Of a stretch of 64,000 bases of DNA, positions 55,088 to 64,000 are shown in pieces. This stretch comes from Candidatus Omnitrophota bacterium. Lineage in GTDB: Bacteria; Omnitrophota; Omnitrophia; Omnitrophales; Aquincolibacteriaceae. Numbering within the stretch: position 1 is the first letter of the stretch; each line of letters begins with the position of its first letter. A model generated the notes under the pieces. That model did not search any database, was not told where the DNA came from, and saw nothing but the letters and a program-made list of their open reading frames with translations. The position numbers and the translations under genes were made by a program. The DNA lies in contig DAOSLF010000003.1 in the NCBI GenBank assembly GCA_035368605.1, forward strand, positions 889-64,888. The letters run 5' to 3'.

Positions 55088-55846
55088 CTAGTAGAAAACC
55101 TTTATCAGGGTGAGCCCGCAGGAGGGTATTGTTTGCCCGGAAAAACAGCGGGATTTCGCCTTTAGCATGGAAGGGATATCGGAGGGTTGACGTTTCCCCC
55201 TCCCTACTTCGAGAAGGGTCCCCATAATGTTGCGGACCATGTGATAGAGAAAGCCGTCGCCTTCAAAGCGGAAGACCAGAAGACCATTCTCCTTTTTGAT
55301 CCGGATGGGCCTGAGCGTCCTGGTAAAGCTGACTTTCCTGGAACTTCTGCCTTTAAGAACGGCCGCCTCTGAAGTGAAGGACCGGAAGTCGTGACGACCG
55401 GACAGATGTCTCGCGGCTTTACGCATCGCGGCAAGGTCCAAGCGGAACGGAACGTGGTAGGCTCGGCCGGCAAGGAGGGGCGCGCGAAAAGGGCTGTTCC
55501 AGACGCGATATTCATAAACTTTGGACCGGGCACTGTAGCGCGCGTGAAAATCCGCTGGAACTTCCACGGCTGACTTTACAACGATGGCGGACGGGAGATA
55601 GGCATTCACGCCCCTCTGGATATGCGAAAGCTCGCGTCCGCTGCCGGTCCTGAAATTGACGACCTGCCCTTCCGCGTGAACGCCGGTATCCGTGCGACCG
55701 CTCGCGGCGGAGATCTTCACCGGATGGTCGAAAAACGCGGAAAGGGCCTTTTCGAGGGCTTCCTGGACCGTCGGCTTGCCGGGCTGGCGCTGAAATCCGA
55801 AAAACGCGGCGCCGTCGTATTCCAATACCAGTTTGATGTTTCTCAT
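55088..55846 (-). CDS. truA: tRNA pseudouridine(38-40) synthase
   Basis: ..LVLEYDGAAFFGFQRQPG.. and the catalytic region ..ASGRTDTGVHAEGQVV... Confidence 0.9.
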   Translation of the reverse strand: MRNIKLVLEYDGAAFFGFQRQPGKPTVQEALEKALSAFFDHPVKISAASGRTDTGVHAEGQVVNFRTGSGRELSHIQRGVNAYLPSAIVVKSAVEVPADFHARYSARSKVYEYRVWNSPFRAPLLAGRAYHVPFRLDLAAMRKAARHLSGRHDFRSFTSEAAVLKGRSSRKVSFTRTLRPIRIKKENGLLVFRFEGDGFLYHMVRNIMGTLLEVGRGKRQPSDIPSMLKAKSRCFSGQTIPSCGLTLIKVFY

Positions 55847-55894
55847 ATTGTTGCGGGAAGCGCGGGGAAAATTTCGATCTGGCTATTCCACACT

Positions 55895-56911
55895 TTACGC
55901 TAACCGCCAGTCCTTAAAAAGAACTTCCGCAATCTGGACCGCGTTCGTCGCCGCGCCTTTACGGATCTGGTCGCCGGAGACGAACATCGCCAGCCCGTTC
56001 GTCACGCTTGAATCGACGCGCAGTCGGCCGACATGGATATCGTCCTGACCCGTCGTTTCAAGCGGCATCGGGAAATAATTCCTCTCGCGGTCGTCAACGA
56101 TCTTCACGCCCGGCGCTTTCGCGAGAAGGACGCGTGCGTCATCCGGCGTGATGGGTTTTTCGGTCTCGATATGCAGCGCTTCGGAATGCGCCCGGAGTAC
56201 CGGAACACGCACACAGGTCGCCGAGATCCGGATATCGGAATCGTGGAAGATCTTTTTGGTCTCCTTGATCATCTTGGTCTCTTCCTCGTTGTAGCCGTCG
56301 GGCCCGATCCCGGAGTTGTGCGAGAATACGTTGAATGCGATCTGGTGCGGCAGGACATTTTTCTGAACGGGACGTCCCGCCAGGAAATCCCGGGCCTGGA
56401 TCCGGAGCTCTTCCATCGCCTTCGCGCCGGCACCGCTCGCGGCCTGATAGGTCACTGCGACAAAGCGCTTGATCTTCACGGCCTTGTGGATCGGCCAAAG
56501 CGGAACAAGTGCGATGATCGTGGAGCAGTTCGGGTTCGCGATGATCCCTTTGTGCTTCGCAATGTCCTCGGGGTTGATCTCAGGGATCACAAGCGGAACC
56601 TCCGGATCCATCCGGAACGCGCTTGTGTTATCCACGACCACCGCGCCCGCCTTCACGGCGTACGGCGCGAGGGCTTTCGAGATCGATCCGCCCGCACTCG
56701 CGAACACGAGGTCGATTCCCTCGAAAGAATCCGGTGTCGCTTCTTCGATCTTGTACGTCTTCCCCATGAATTTCTGCTCTTTCCCCGCCGAACGACCGGA
56801 CGCGAGCAGTTTGAGCGACGCGAACGGGAACTTTCGTTCCTCAAGGATGGCCAAAAGTTCCTGACCGACAGCGCCGGTGACGCCGAGAATTGCAATATCG
56901 GGTTTTTTCAT
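55895..56911 (-). CDS. asd: Aspartate-semialdehyde dehydrogenase
   Basis: ..IAILGVTGAVGQE.., active-site ..IANPNCSTI.., ..VTYQAASGAG... Confidence 0.9.
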   Translation of the reverse strand: MKKPDIAILGVTGAVGQELLAILEERKFPFASLKLLASGRSAGKEQKFMGKTYKIEEATPDSFEGIDLVFASAGGSISKALAPYAVKAGAVVVDNTSAFRMDPEVPLVIPEINPEDIAKHKGIIANPNCSTIIALVPLWPIHKAVKIKRFVAVTYQAASGAGAKAMEELRIQARDFLAGRPVQKNVLPHQIAFNVFSHNSGIGPDGYNEEETKMIKETKKIFHDSDIRISATCVRVPVLRAHSEALHIETEKPITPDDARVLLAKAPGVKIVDDRERNYFPMPLETTGQDDIHVGRLRVDSSVTNGLAMFVSGDQIRKGAATNAVQIAEVLFKDWRLA

Positions 56912-57118
56912 ATTAACGCACAGCGTAGAGCGTTTGGCGCTCGGGATTCAGCATCCGCCACGGCACGCTCCCCGCCTCCTTTATCAGTTATTCAGCGATT
57001 CTGCTTTCACCGAAACCCAAATCGACGCTGATTCGGCATTGAGCTTCCATTTCACGAAGGAATCCGCGGGCGATCGACAAGAAATGGCTCTGTTCTTTTA
57101 TAAAACTTCGCCCGCCCC

Positions 57119-58201
57119 CTACGATATACGTTCCGTTACAAGATCACCCATTTTCACACAACCGACCCTGGTCGTGCCTTCCGCGTAAATATCCGCGGTG
57201 CGATAGCCGTCGGCAAGGACCTTCTCGACCGCCGCCTCGATCGCGCGCGCGGCCTTCGGCTGGTCAAAACTGTGTTCCATCATCATCGCGACCGAGAGGA
57301 TCGTCGCGAGAGGATTCGCGATGTCCTTGCCCGCGATGTCGGGCGCCGAACCGTGTACCGGTTCGTACATCGCCACCTTGTCGCCGACCGAAGCCGACGG
57401 CAGCATCCCGATCGAGCCCGTGAGCATCGCGGATTCGTCGCTCAGGATGTCCCCGAAGAGATTGCTTGTGACGATCACGTCGAACTGTTTCGGGTCGCGG
57501 ATCAGCTGCATCGCGCAATCATCCACATAACGATGTGAGAGTTCGACATCCGGGAAACCATTCGCAACCTCGATCACCACCTTGCGCCAGAGCTGACTCA
57601 CGTCGAGGACATTGGCCTTGTCAACCGAAGTCACTTTTTTCCGCCGCTTCCGGGCGAATTCGAAGGCCCTCCGCGCGATCCGCGCGATTTCAGGCGTCGT
57701 GTAGCTCATCGTATTGAAACCCCGCTCCGTGCCGTCGGGAAGTTTTTCGATCCCGCGAGGCGAACCGAAATAAACGCCGCTCACGAGCTCTCGCAGGATG
57801 ATGAAATCGAGGCCCTCGACGATCTCTTCCCTGATCGGCGAACGGGATGCGAGCTGCGGGAACATCTTCACGGGACGGACGTTCGCATAGGCGTTAAGCC
57901 CCTTGCGGAGCCCGAGCAATCCTTTTTCCGGACGCTTATCCGAGGGCAGGCTGTCCCATTTCGGGCCGCCGACCGCGCCGAGAAAAACCGCGTCGGCTTT
58001 CTGGGCCTTCGCAAGGGTCTCGGGCGTGAGAGGGACGCCAAATTGATCGATGGAAGCACCACCGGCCAGAAGTTCCTCGGTCTCGAATCTGAGACCGGTC
58101 TTGGGCTCGACCTTCCGCAGGACCTTCATGGCCTGCGCCGTTACTTCGACTCCGATACCGTCACCGGGAAATACTGCTATTTTGTACATGGGATGGGTCA
58201 C
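57119..58201 (-). CDS. leuB: 3-isopropylmalate dehydrogenase
   Basis: ..[14 protein letters not shown].. and the signature [10 protein letters not shown]. Confidence 0.9.
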   Translation of the reverse strand: MTHPMYKIAVFPGDGIGVEVTAQAMKVLRKVEPKTGLRFETEELLAGGASIDQFGVPLTPETLAKAQKADAVFLGAVGGPKWDSLPSDKRPEKGLLGLRKGLNAYANVRPVKMFPQLASRSPIREEIVEGLDFIILRELVSGVYFGSPRGIEKLPDGTERGFNTMSYTTPEIARIARRAFEFARKRRKKVTSVDKANVLDVSQLWRKVVIEVANGFPDVELSHRYVDDCAMQLIRDPKQFDVIVTSNLFGDILSDESAMLTGSIGMLPSASVGDKVAMYEPVHGSAPDIAGKDIANPLATILSVAMMMEHSFDQPKAARAIEAAVEKVLADGYRTADIYAEGTTRVGCVKMGDLVTERIS

Positions 58202-58228
58202 CTTTCGAGCGTGGACTCTTTAAAACGC

Positions 58229-59698
58229 TCAGACCTTGCTGATCTTGAAATGCCTGCGTTTGACACTTTCGTAGATTTTGGAATATTTCTTCGCGGTCGA
58301 GGACCAGGAGAAGTCACTTTCCATGGCATTCTTCACGAGTGTTCTCCACGGCTTATCCTGCCGGAAAACCGTGACCGCCCCGGCGACCGCGTCCGAGAGA
58401 GCCTCGACCGTGTAATCCTCGAAAACAAACCCGTTTCCCTTACCGGACTCCGCGTCAAACGGCTCCAGAGCGTCGGCAAGGCCACCGGTCGCGCGGGCGA
58501 CCGGCACCGCCCCGTAGCGGAGGCCGATGATGTGCCCGAGCCCCGCGGGCTCGTGATAGGCCGGAAAAAGAAGCATGTCGGCCCCGGCATAGATCCGTTT
58601 CGCCATCCTGGGGTCGAAAAGGATATGCACGCTCAGCCATTTCTTGTTGCGCCTGGCCAGATCACGCAGAATCTGATGATACCGTTCCTCGCCGGTCCCG
58701 AGCAGGACACACTGGACACCCAGACCGGCCATTTTTTCGAAAGCCGGGATCAGGATATCGAGCCCCTTCTGCGCCGTGAGGTGGGACACGAAACCGATCA
58801 GGGGCACAGCCTCATCCGCGGCGAAACCATTTTCCTTCTGGAGCACCGTTTTGTTGACCTTTTTCCCGGAAGCGGCAGCGGCGCTGAAATTCGCCTCGAT
58901 CTCTTTATCGGTCGCCGGATCCCATTCCGCGGGATCGATCCCGTTCAGGACTCCCGTCACGGTCTCCTTTCGCGCGGCGATCACCCCTTCCATCCCGCAG
59001 CCGAATTCTTTCTTCTGGATCTCGCGACTGTAATGTTCGGACGCAGCCACCACGCGATCGGCGAACACGAGCCCGCCTTTGAGGAAACTGAACTTGCTGT
59101 AGAACTCAAGAAGGTCCGACTTGTAAAACTCCCATCCGAACCCGGTGGACGGAAAAGAGTCGGGCGGGAAATTTCCCTGGTAAGCGAGGTTGTGGACCGT
59201 GAAGACACTTCGCGCTTTCGCGAACGGGGCGTAGCCGGTCTCGATCGACTTGATATAGACCGGAATCAGACCCGTCTGCCAATCATGACAGTGGATGATC
59301 TCGGGGCTCAGCTTGAGCTGCTCGATGGCCTTGAGGGTCGCTCGCTGAAAATACGTGAACCGCCGGTCATTATCCTGGTAATCCCCGATCGCGTTGCCGT
59401 AGAGCTCGTCCCGCTGGAAATAATCAGGATGCTCGATAAAGTAGACCTTGATCCCGTTATCGAGCTTCTTGTAGAAGACCCGGGTCGCTTCGAGGGTATT
59501 GCCGATTATCACCTCGAAATAATTGATCGCGATCTCGAGACCCAGCCTGCGAATATCGACGCATTTGTAGCGGGGCATGAATACCGTAACATCGTGACCT
59601 TCCGCGCGGACGGCGGCTGTCAGAGAAGCGAGGGTATCCCCCAATCCCCCCGTTCGTGCGAACGGGGAGATCTCGGACGTAACGAAGAGAATCTTCAC
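58229..59698 (-). CDS. glgA: Glycogen (starch) synthase, ADP-glucose type
   Basis: MKILFVTSEISPFARTGGLGDTLASL (K/RTGGL motif), ..IIHCHDWQTGL.., and a GT-B C-terminal half. Confidence 0.9.
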   Translation of the reverse strand: MKILFVTSEISPFARTGGLGDTLASLTAAVRAEGHDVTVFMPRYKCVDIRRLGLEIAINYFEVIIGNTLEATRVFYKKLDNGIKVYFIEHPDYFQRDELYGNAIGDYQDNDRRFTYFQRATLKAIEQLKLSPEIIHCHDWQTGLIPVYIKSIETGYAPFAKARSVFTVHNLAYQGNFPPDSFPSTGFGWEFYKSDLLEFYSKFSFLKGGLVFADRVVAASEHYSREIQKKEFGCGMEGVIAARKETVTGVLNGIDPAEWDPATDKEIEANFSAAAASGKKVNKTVLQKENGFAADEAVPLIGFVSHLTAQKGLDILIPAFEKMAGLGVQCVLLGTGEERYHQILRDLARRNKKWLSVHILFDPRMAKRIYAGADMLLFPAYHEPAGLGHIIGLRYGAVPVARATGGLADALEPFDAESGKGNGFVFEDYTVEALSDAVAGAVTVFRQDKPWRTLVKNAMESDFSWSSTAKKYSKIYESVKRRHFKISKV

Positions 59699-59736
59699 AA
59701 GACTTTTGAGGACGGGTACCGGAACTTCGTGATGGC

Positions 59737-60069
59737 TTAACGGACCTGAAGAACGCAGTTCCAGCTGCCGAAGGCGTTCGGAACGCGCTCGCCGGCCTCC
59801 TGGGCATCCTGCCAGTCACCGTCGACCAGATAGCGGTACTCATAGCGGCCCAGACCAAGCACGACGGAGGCTTTCCAGTTGCCGTTCGCGTCCTTTTTCA
59901 GGGGCGTTTTCCCGGGATTCCAGCCGTTAAAACTCCCGCCAACGGAAACTTTCTTCGCTTGCGGAGCATAGAACTTGAATTCGACGGTCTTGTCGCAGGA
60001 TTTGGAACAGGTCTGGGAAACGGATTTAGCGGGTTTTTTGACGGAAATTTTGGTTGATGGTCTCGACAT
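59737..60069 (-). CDS. CBM48 / AMPK-beta-like glycogen-binding domain protein (110 aa)
   Basis: ..VEFKFYAPQAKKVSVGGSFNGWNPGKTPLKKDANGNWKASVVLGLGRYEYRYLVDGDWQ.. matches the CBM48 pattern (FxWxxxGGxxVxVxGSFNxW...G.W......G.YEYxFxVDG.W). Immediately upstream of glgA. Confidence 0.6.
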   Translation of the reverse strand: MSRPSTKISVKKPAKSVSQTCSKSCDKTVEFKFYAPQAKKVSVGGSFNGWNPGKTPLKKDANGNWKASVVLGLGRYEYRYLVDGDWQDAQEAGERVPNAFGSWNCVLQVR

Positions 60070-60163
60070 GATAGAAACTCCTTCTGATTGTCTGGCTGGT
60101 TAGTTCACATTCCGTAGATCAAATGACGCGGAAGTGGGGGCAGTATATATCAGAAAAAACAAC

Positions 60164-60191
60164 TTGCCAAGAAGCATCTGGCCCATATAAT
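60164..60191 (+). promoter_or_regulatory. Sigma70-like promoter giving a near-leaderless rpmB transcript
   Basis: TTGCCA (60164-60169), a 16-nt spacer, then TATAAT (60186-60191). The ATG is at 60201, so the leader would be about 2-4 nt. Confidence 0.45.
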
Positions 60192-60200
60192 ACCGCCTCT

Positions 60201-60464
60201 ATGAAAATCTGCGTCATCTGCAATAAGAAGCCGATTGTCGGCAATACTATCGCTCGCCGTGGTCTTCCTAAAAAGACCGGCGGTATCGGTGTCAAGACTA
60301 CCGGCATTTCCCGCCGTCGCTTCATGCCGAACCTCCAGAGGGTCAAGATCAGGTTCCCGAACGGAACGGTGCGGCGCGTCAACGTTTGCGCCAGCTGTCT
60401 CCAGTCGGGCAAGGTCACCAAGGCGCCCGTTCGGCGGAAAACCGAAGTCCAGGCGGGCGCTTAA
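60201..60464 (+). CDS. rpmB: 50S ribosomal protein L28
   Basis: The internal ATG gives MKICVICNKKPIVGNTIARRG..RRRFMPNLQRVKIRF..VNVCASCLQSGKVTKA (bL28 pattern C.I.GK...GN....RRF.PNLQ.V......V.VSA.AL.SGKV). The ORF-track 5' extension is rejected. Confidence 0.6.
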   Translation: MKICVICNKKPIVGNTIARRGLPKKTGGIGVKTTGISRRRFMPNLQRVKIRFPNGTVRRVNVCASCLQSGKVTKAPVRRKTEVQAGA

Positions 60465-62110
60465 TCCGGGTCCGCCGGCTCCTTCATTTCCTTCGCGTCC
60501 AGGCTGAGTGTTTCTATGCCGTTCCAGACCCTGGTCTTCACGGTATAGGCAAAATCGTATTTCGACCCCGGACGTGCCGTGGCGAGTCGGAACATTTGCT
60601 TTTCATTGATGAGGGCGGGATAGTTCGCTGATCCGTCGCCGACCACGATCTCGTAAGTTTCCCCGTAGATTTTCCTGGGTCTGGTTTTGACCGAAAGTCC
60701 CCGCGTCAGGAATACCGGCCGCGGGTTCCCCACCCCGAAAGGTTCCAGCAATTCCAGTTCACGGAGAAACACCGTCGTGAGGTCTCCGAATCCGATCTCG
60801 AGATCAACCGGGACTTTCCTGACCATGATCGCGGGGTCCAGGTTCTCAAGGGCATAGGCGTTGATCTCCTCGCGGAACGCCTTGAGATTCCCCGCCCGGA
60901 TCGAAAGCCCCGCCGCCTGTTCGTGTCCGCCGAATTCCTCCAGAAGTCCGGCGCAGGATTGAAGGGCGTTGAATAAATGAAATCCTTTGATCGAGCGCCC
61001 TGAACCCTTGCCTTTGTCACCCTCGACAGCAATGACGATCGCGGGCCGGCAGTATTTCTCGACAAGCCGCGACGCCACGATCCCGATGACGCCCTGATGC
61101 CATCCTTCTCCGGCCGCAACGATGATACGGTCCCGGTTGAAATTAACCGTCCGTTCGACCTTCGCGATCGCTTCTTTCGTGATCTCCCGTTCCTGCTGCT
61201 GCCGGGCCCGGTTCTCCTCGTTCAGGATATTCGCGAGGCTCATCGCCTCCCGTTGCGAATCCGTCAGGAGAAGCCTGAGCGCGGTATCCGGGGAACTCAT
61301 CCTGCCGGCCGCGTTGATCCGGGGGCCCAGGATGAATCCCACATGACCGGTATCGATCTTTTGGCTCCTGATCTTCGCGACCTCGGCCAGGCATTTAACC
61401 CCCATCCGCCGGCGCGCAGAAAGTTCCGCGAGCCCGCATCGAACAAGCGCGCGATTCTCGGAAACGAGCGGCGCGATATCGCTGATCGTCGAGATCGCAA
61501 CAAGGTCCAGGAGCGCGATCGACTCTTCCCCGATCATCGCCTGCGCGAGCTTGAAGGCAAGACCCGCCGCCGAAAGCTCCTTGAAGGGATAAACACAATC
61601 TTCCTGGAGCGGGTTCAGGATCAGGTGCGTGTCGGGAAGTCCCTCCGGCGGCAGCCGGTGGTGGTCGATCACGATCACCTCCATCCCGAGGCTCCGCGCG
61701 AGGCGGATTTCCTCCCGGGCCGTGATCCCGCAATCAATCGTGATAACGAGTTTCGCGCCTTCCCTGTGCGCCTTGAGGATCGCTTCTTCGCTCACGCCGT
61801 AACCGTGCCGCTCCCTTTCGGGAAGGAACGTCAGGAAATCACCGCCGAGCTTTTCAAGGACCTTGACCATGACCGCGACGCCGGTAATGCCATCTGCGTC
61901 ATAATCCCCGTGCAGGAGCATCCGTTCCTTTTTCCGGATCGCCTCTTCGAGGCGCGATTTCACCTCTCGCATATTTTTCATCAGAAACGGATCGTGCAGA
62001 GCGGAAAGATCGGCGGAAAGGAAACTTTCGATGGCGGCAGAATCCGTCAGCCCACGCCCGGCAAGAAGCCTGAGAAAAGCAGGAGAATAGTTTTTTATCC
62101 GTTCCGCCAT
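60461..62110 (-). CDS. recJ: Single-stranded-DNA-specific exonuclease RecJ
   Basis: DHH family: ..LLHGDYDADGITG.., ..ITIDCGIT.., ..VIVIDHHRLP.. The 3' end overlaps rpmB convergently by 4 nt. Confidence 0.85.
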   Translation of the reverse strand: MAERIKNYSPAFLRLLAGRGLTDSAAIESFLSADLSALHDPFLMKNMREVKSRLEEAIRKKERMLLHGDYDADGITGVAVMVKVLEKLGGDFLTFLPERERHGYGVSEEAILKAHREGAKLVITIDCGITAREEIRLARSLGMEVIVIDHHRLPPEGLPDTHLILNPLQEDCVYPFKELSAAGLAFKLAQAMIGEESIALLDLVAISTISDIAPLVSENRALVRCGLAELSARRRMGVKCLAEVAKIRSQKIDTGHVGFILGPRINAAGRMSSPDTALRLLLTDSQREAMSLANILNEENRARQQQEREITKEAIAKVERTVNFNRDRIIVAAGEGWHQGVIGIVASRLVEKYCRPAIVIAVEGDKGKGSGRSIKGFHLFNALQSCAGLLEEFGGHEQAAGLSIRAGNLKAFREEINAYALENLDPAIMVRKVPVDLEIGFGDLTTVFLRELELLEPFGVGNPRPVFLTRGLSVKTRPRKIYGETYEIVVGDGSANYPALINEKQMFRLATARPGSKYDFAYTVKTRVWNGIETLSLDAKEMKEPADPD

Positions 62111-62123
62111 AACTTCACCCTGA

Positions 62124-62171
62124 CAAAAAAAGAGGACAGGCCGACATCCAGGGGAAACCGGCCTGCCCTCT
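62124..62171 (-). terminator. Rho-independent terminator after secDF
   Basis: AGAGGACAGGCCG..(loop)..CGGCCTGCCCTCT, followed on the minus transcript by TTTTTTT. An AGGGTGA RBS for recJ sits just downstream. Confidence 0.55.
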
Positions 62172-62207
62172 TCGAATGCTCCAAACTTACCACTTACAGC
62201 TTATCGC

Positions 62208-64000
62208 TTATTTATGCGCCTTCCAGTCCACCACAAGCGCCGTCGCGATAAAGATCGTCGAATAGATACCGACGCCGAACCCGACCAGCATCGCGAACGC
62301 AAAGTCGTTGATGCTCGATCCGCCAAAGAGGAACAGCGCCAGGGTCGCGAGGATCGTCGTGAAGCTCGTGAGGAACGTCCGGCTCAGCGTCTGGTTGATG
62401 CTGAGGTTCACGATTTCCGCGAACGGGGTCTTGCGCATCAGTTTTATGTTGTCGCGGACGCGGTCGAACGTCACAATCGTGTCATTGACCGAAAAACCCA
62501 TGATCGTCAGAACCGCCGCAATCGTGGGCAGGTTGATCTCGCGCCCGGAGAGCGCATACACACCGAACGTGAATATCGTATCGTGCATGATAGCGATCAC
62601 GGCCGCCAGCGAGAACTTCCATTCAAAGCGGAGCGCCAGATAAACGAGAATCCCGATCGCGGACCACAAAACCGCCCAAAGGGCTTTTTTTGTAAGGTCC
62701 TTGCTGACCGAAGGTCCCACATGATCAACACGAAGGATCTCGTAGCCTTTGTCACCGGCAAAGTTTTTGATCGCGGTTTCCACCTTCTGGGCCTCATTCC
62801 CGGCGATCCTGATGATGTACTGGTTGTCCTTAGTCTCGCCATACCGCTGGAGCGTGATGCTTTTCAGGTCTTCCTCCTCAAGCGCATCCCGGACCGCGCC
62901 GGCATCGACCGCATTCCTGAAACCGACCTGGACCAGTGTCCCGCCGGTGAATTCCACGCCATAATTTTGACCGCCCCGCATCGCGAATGCCGCGATCCCG
63001 ATCCCGAGCGTGATAATCGAGAACCCGTACGCCCAGACACGCCCCTTCAGGAACTGGATATTCGTTTTTTTGAAGAACTGATGCATGCGAAGGTTGAGGT
63101 TCGGGTTTCTCTTTGAAAGGAAATCAAAGATGACCCGCGTCACGACAATGGCGGAGAACATGCTGGCAATGATACCGATGGACAGCGTCACCGCGAACCC
63201 CTGCACCGGGCCCGTCCCGAATATGAACAGAAGAACCGACGTGATAAGCGTCGTCACGTTCGAATCAAGGATGGCCGAAAACGCCTTGTGATACCCCGCC
63301 GAAATGGCGGCCTTGGAACCCTTCCCCATCGCGACCTCTTCGCGCATCCGCTCCGAGATGAGGACGTTCGCGTCGACGGCCATCCCGACCGAGAGGATAA
63401 AGCCGGCGATACCGGGAAGCGTCAGCGTTGCGCCAAGCGCCCCGAGCGAACCGACCATGAAGATGATATAGAAAGTAAGGCCAATCACCGCCACAACCCC
63501 CGAGAGGAGGTAATAGATCGGCATAAAAAGGAAAATAAAAAGAACGCCCAAAAGACCCGCCCTGACGCCCTTTTCGATCGAATCTTTTCCAAGCCCCGGA
63601 CCGACCGTCCGCTCTTCGACGATACTCACGGGCGCGGGCAGGGCGCCGGCGCGGAGTACGAGCGCGAGATCGCTTGCTTCGGCGGCCTTGAAGTTCCCGG
63701 ATATCTGGGCCTTGCCGTTCGGAATCCTGTCGCGGATCACCGGCGCGGAATGCACCGTGCCATCCAGCACGATCGCGAGACGCTTGCCGATATTCTGGAA
63801 CGTGGCCCTGTCGAAAATCTTCGCGCCCTCGTCGTCAAAACTCAGCTGAACGATGGCCTGCCCGTAATTGTCAAAACCCACGGACGCGGTCGTCAGATGC
63901 CCGCCGGTGAGGATCGCCTCTTTGGAGAGAAGGACCATATCCTCCGCCATGTCGGATTTGACCTTTTTATATTCATACCCTTCCGGCACCTGTCCTTCCG
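62208..64000 (-). CDS. secDF: Protein translocase subunit SecDF fusion, 5' end beyond the window
   Basis: The N-terminal in-window part is the SecD periplasmic/TM region (..LAIVLDGTVHSAPVIRDRIPNGKAQISGNF..LVLRAGALPAPVSIVEERTVGPGLG..); the C-terminal half is SecF (..VEFTGGTLVQVGF.. and six TM helices). The frame stays open to 64000, and the ORF-track Met at 63989 is internal. Confidence 0.8.
   Translation of the reverse strand, partial: EGQVPEGYEYKKVKSDMAEDMVLLSKEAILTGGHLTTASVGFDNYGQAIVQLSFDDEGAKIFDRATFQNIGKRLAIVLDGTVHSAPVIRDRIPNGKAQISGNFKAAEASDLALVLRAGALPAPVSIVEERTVGPGLGKDSIEKGVRAGLLGVLFIFLFMPIYYLLSGVVAVIGLTFYIIFMVGSLGALGATLTLPGIAGFILSVGMAVDANVLISERMREEVAMGKGSKAAISAGYHKAFSAILDSNVTTLITSVLLFIFGTGPVQGFAVTLSIGIIASMFSAIVVTRVIFDFLSKRNPNLNLRMHQFFKKTNIQFLKGRVWAYGFSIITLGIGIAAFAMRGGQNYGVEFTGGTLVQVGFRNAVDAGAVRDALEEEDLKSITLQRYGETKDNQYIIRIAGNEAQKVETAIKNFAGDKGYEILRVDHVGPSVSKDLTKKALWAVLWSAIGILVYLALRFEWKFSLAAVIAIMHDTIFTFGVYALSGREINLPTIAAVLTIMGFSVNDTIVTFDRVRDNIKLMRKTPFAEIVNLSINQTLSRTFLTSFTTILATLALFLFGGSSINDFAFAMLVGFGVGIYSTIFIATALVVDWKAHK

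Noticed and set aside
1-64000. A search for CRISPR arrays, tRNA or rRNA genes, transposases, integrases and phage genes
   Set aside because: No short regularly spaced direct repeats, no cloverleaf-like segments in intergenic regions, and no transposase or integrase motifs were seen. The only repeats are the 888-bp intragenic duplication, the 45-nt palindromic pair and the 23-nt pair.

Overview
This 64 kb window is a ~60% GC bacterial chromosomal segment, almost entirely coding, and nearly every gene lies on the minus strand. I found no rRNA, tRNA, CRISPR array, transposase or integrase.

Recognisable housekeeping blocks:
- An arginine operon, argC-argJ-argB-argD-argF-argG-argH, with lysA appended, closed by a clean rho-independent terminator.
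- dapF-dapA-dapB.
- A heat-shock block: FtsH-like protease, a lipoprotein, then hrcA-grpE-dnaJ with no dnaK, followed by a hotdog thioesterase and gpsA.
- uvrA, rnc, rplM-rpsI, truA, asd, leuB, glgA plus a CBM48 mini-protein, rpmB, recJ, and an edge-truncated secDF fusion.
- A polyamine pair: an ODC-type PLP decarboxylase next to homospermidine synthase.

The unusual content is three giant secreted or surface-protein loci:
- 1..8260 (-): a reading frame of at least 2750 codons that runs off the left edge and is therefore missing from the ORF track. It encodes a signal peptide, right-handed beta-helix repeats, Ig-like modules, many YD/RHS-type repeats and a central non-repetitive domain. A FadL/TodX-like outer-membrane transporter is transcribed divergently from it.
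- 21200..27994 (-): a small lipoprotein, then a 1587-aa protein with an N-terminal CBM-like module, Ig/CnaB-like repeats and a roughly 700-aa C-terminal beta-barrel ending in Phe. Its start codon is TAATG-coupled to a 524-aa outer-membrane protein gene.
- 50775..54917 (-): a 1380-aa secreted protein built from TolB/PD40-like propeller modules. Two modules form an 888-bp tandem duplication that is essentially identical at nucleotide level.

Smaller items worth a look:
- A 45-nt perfect palindromic element present twice (31202..31246 and 46914..46958).
- A 23-nt exact repeat, one copy intergenic and one inside a coding sequence.
- A 43-aa lipoprotein-like micro-ORF overlapping the rpsI stop as TAATG.
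- Leaderless-type promoters abutting rnc and rpmB.
- A direct-repeat hairpin immediately before the dnaJ start codon.
- A small Cys-rich (CCCC) membrane protein.

Every assignment rests on my own reading and translation of the sequence plus the ORF track; no database search was possible. The ORF track counts TTG and GTG as Met, so several starts were re-called at internal ATG codons with Shine-Dalgarno support.
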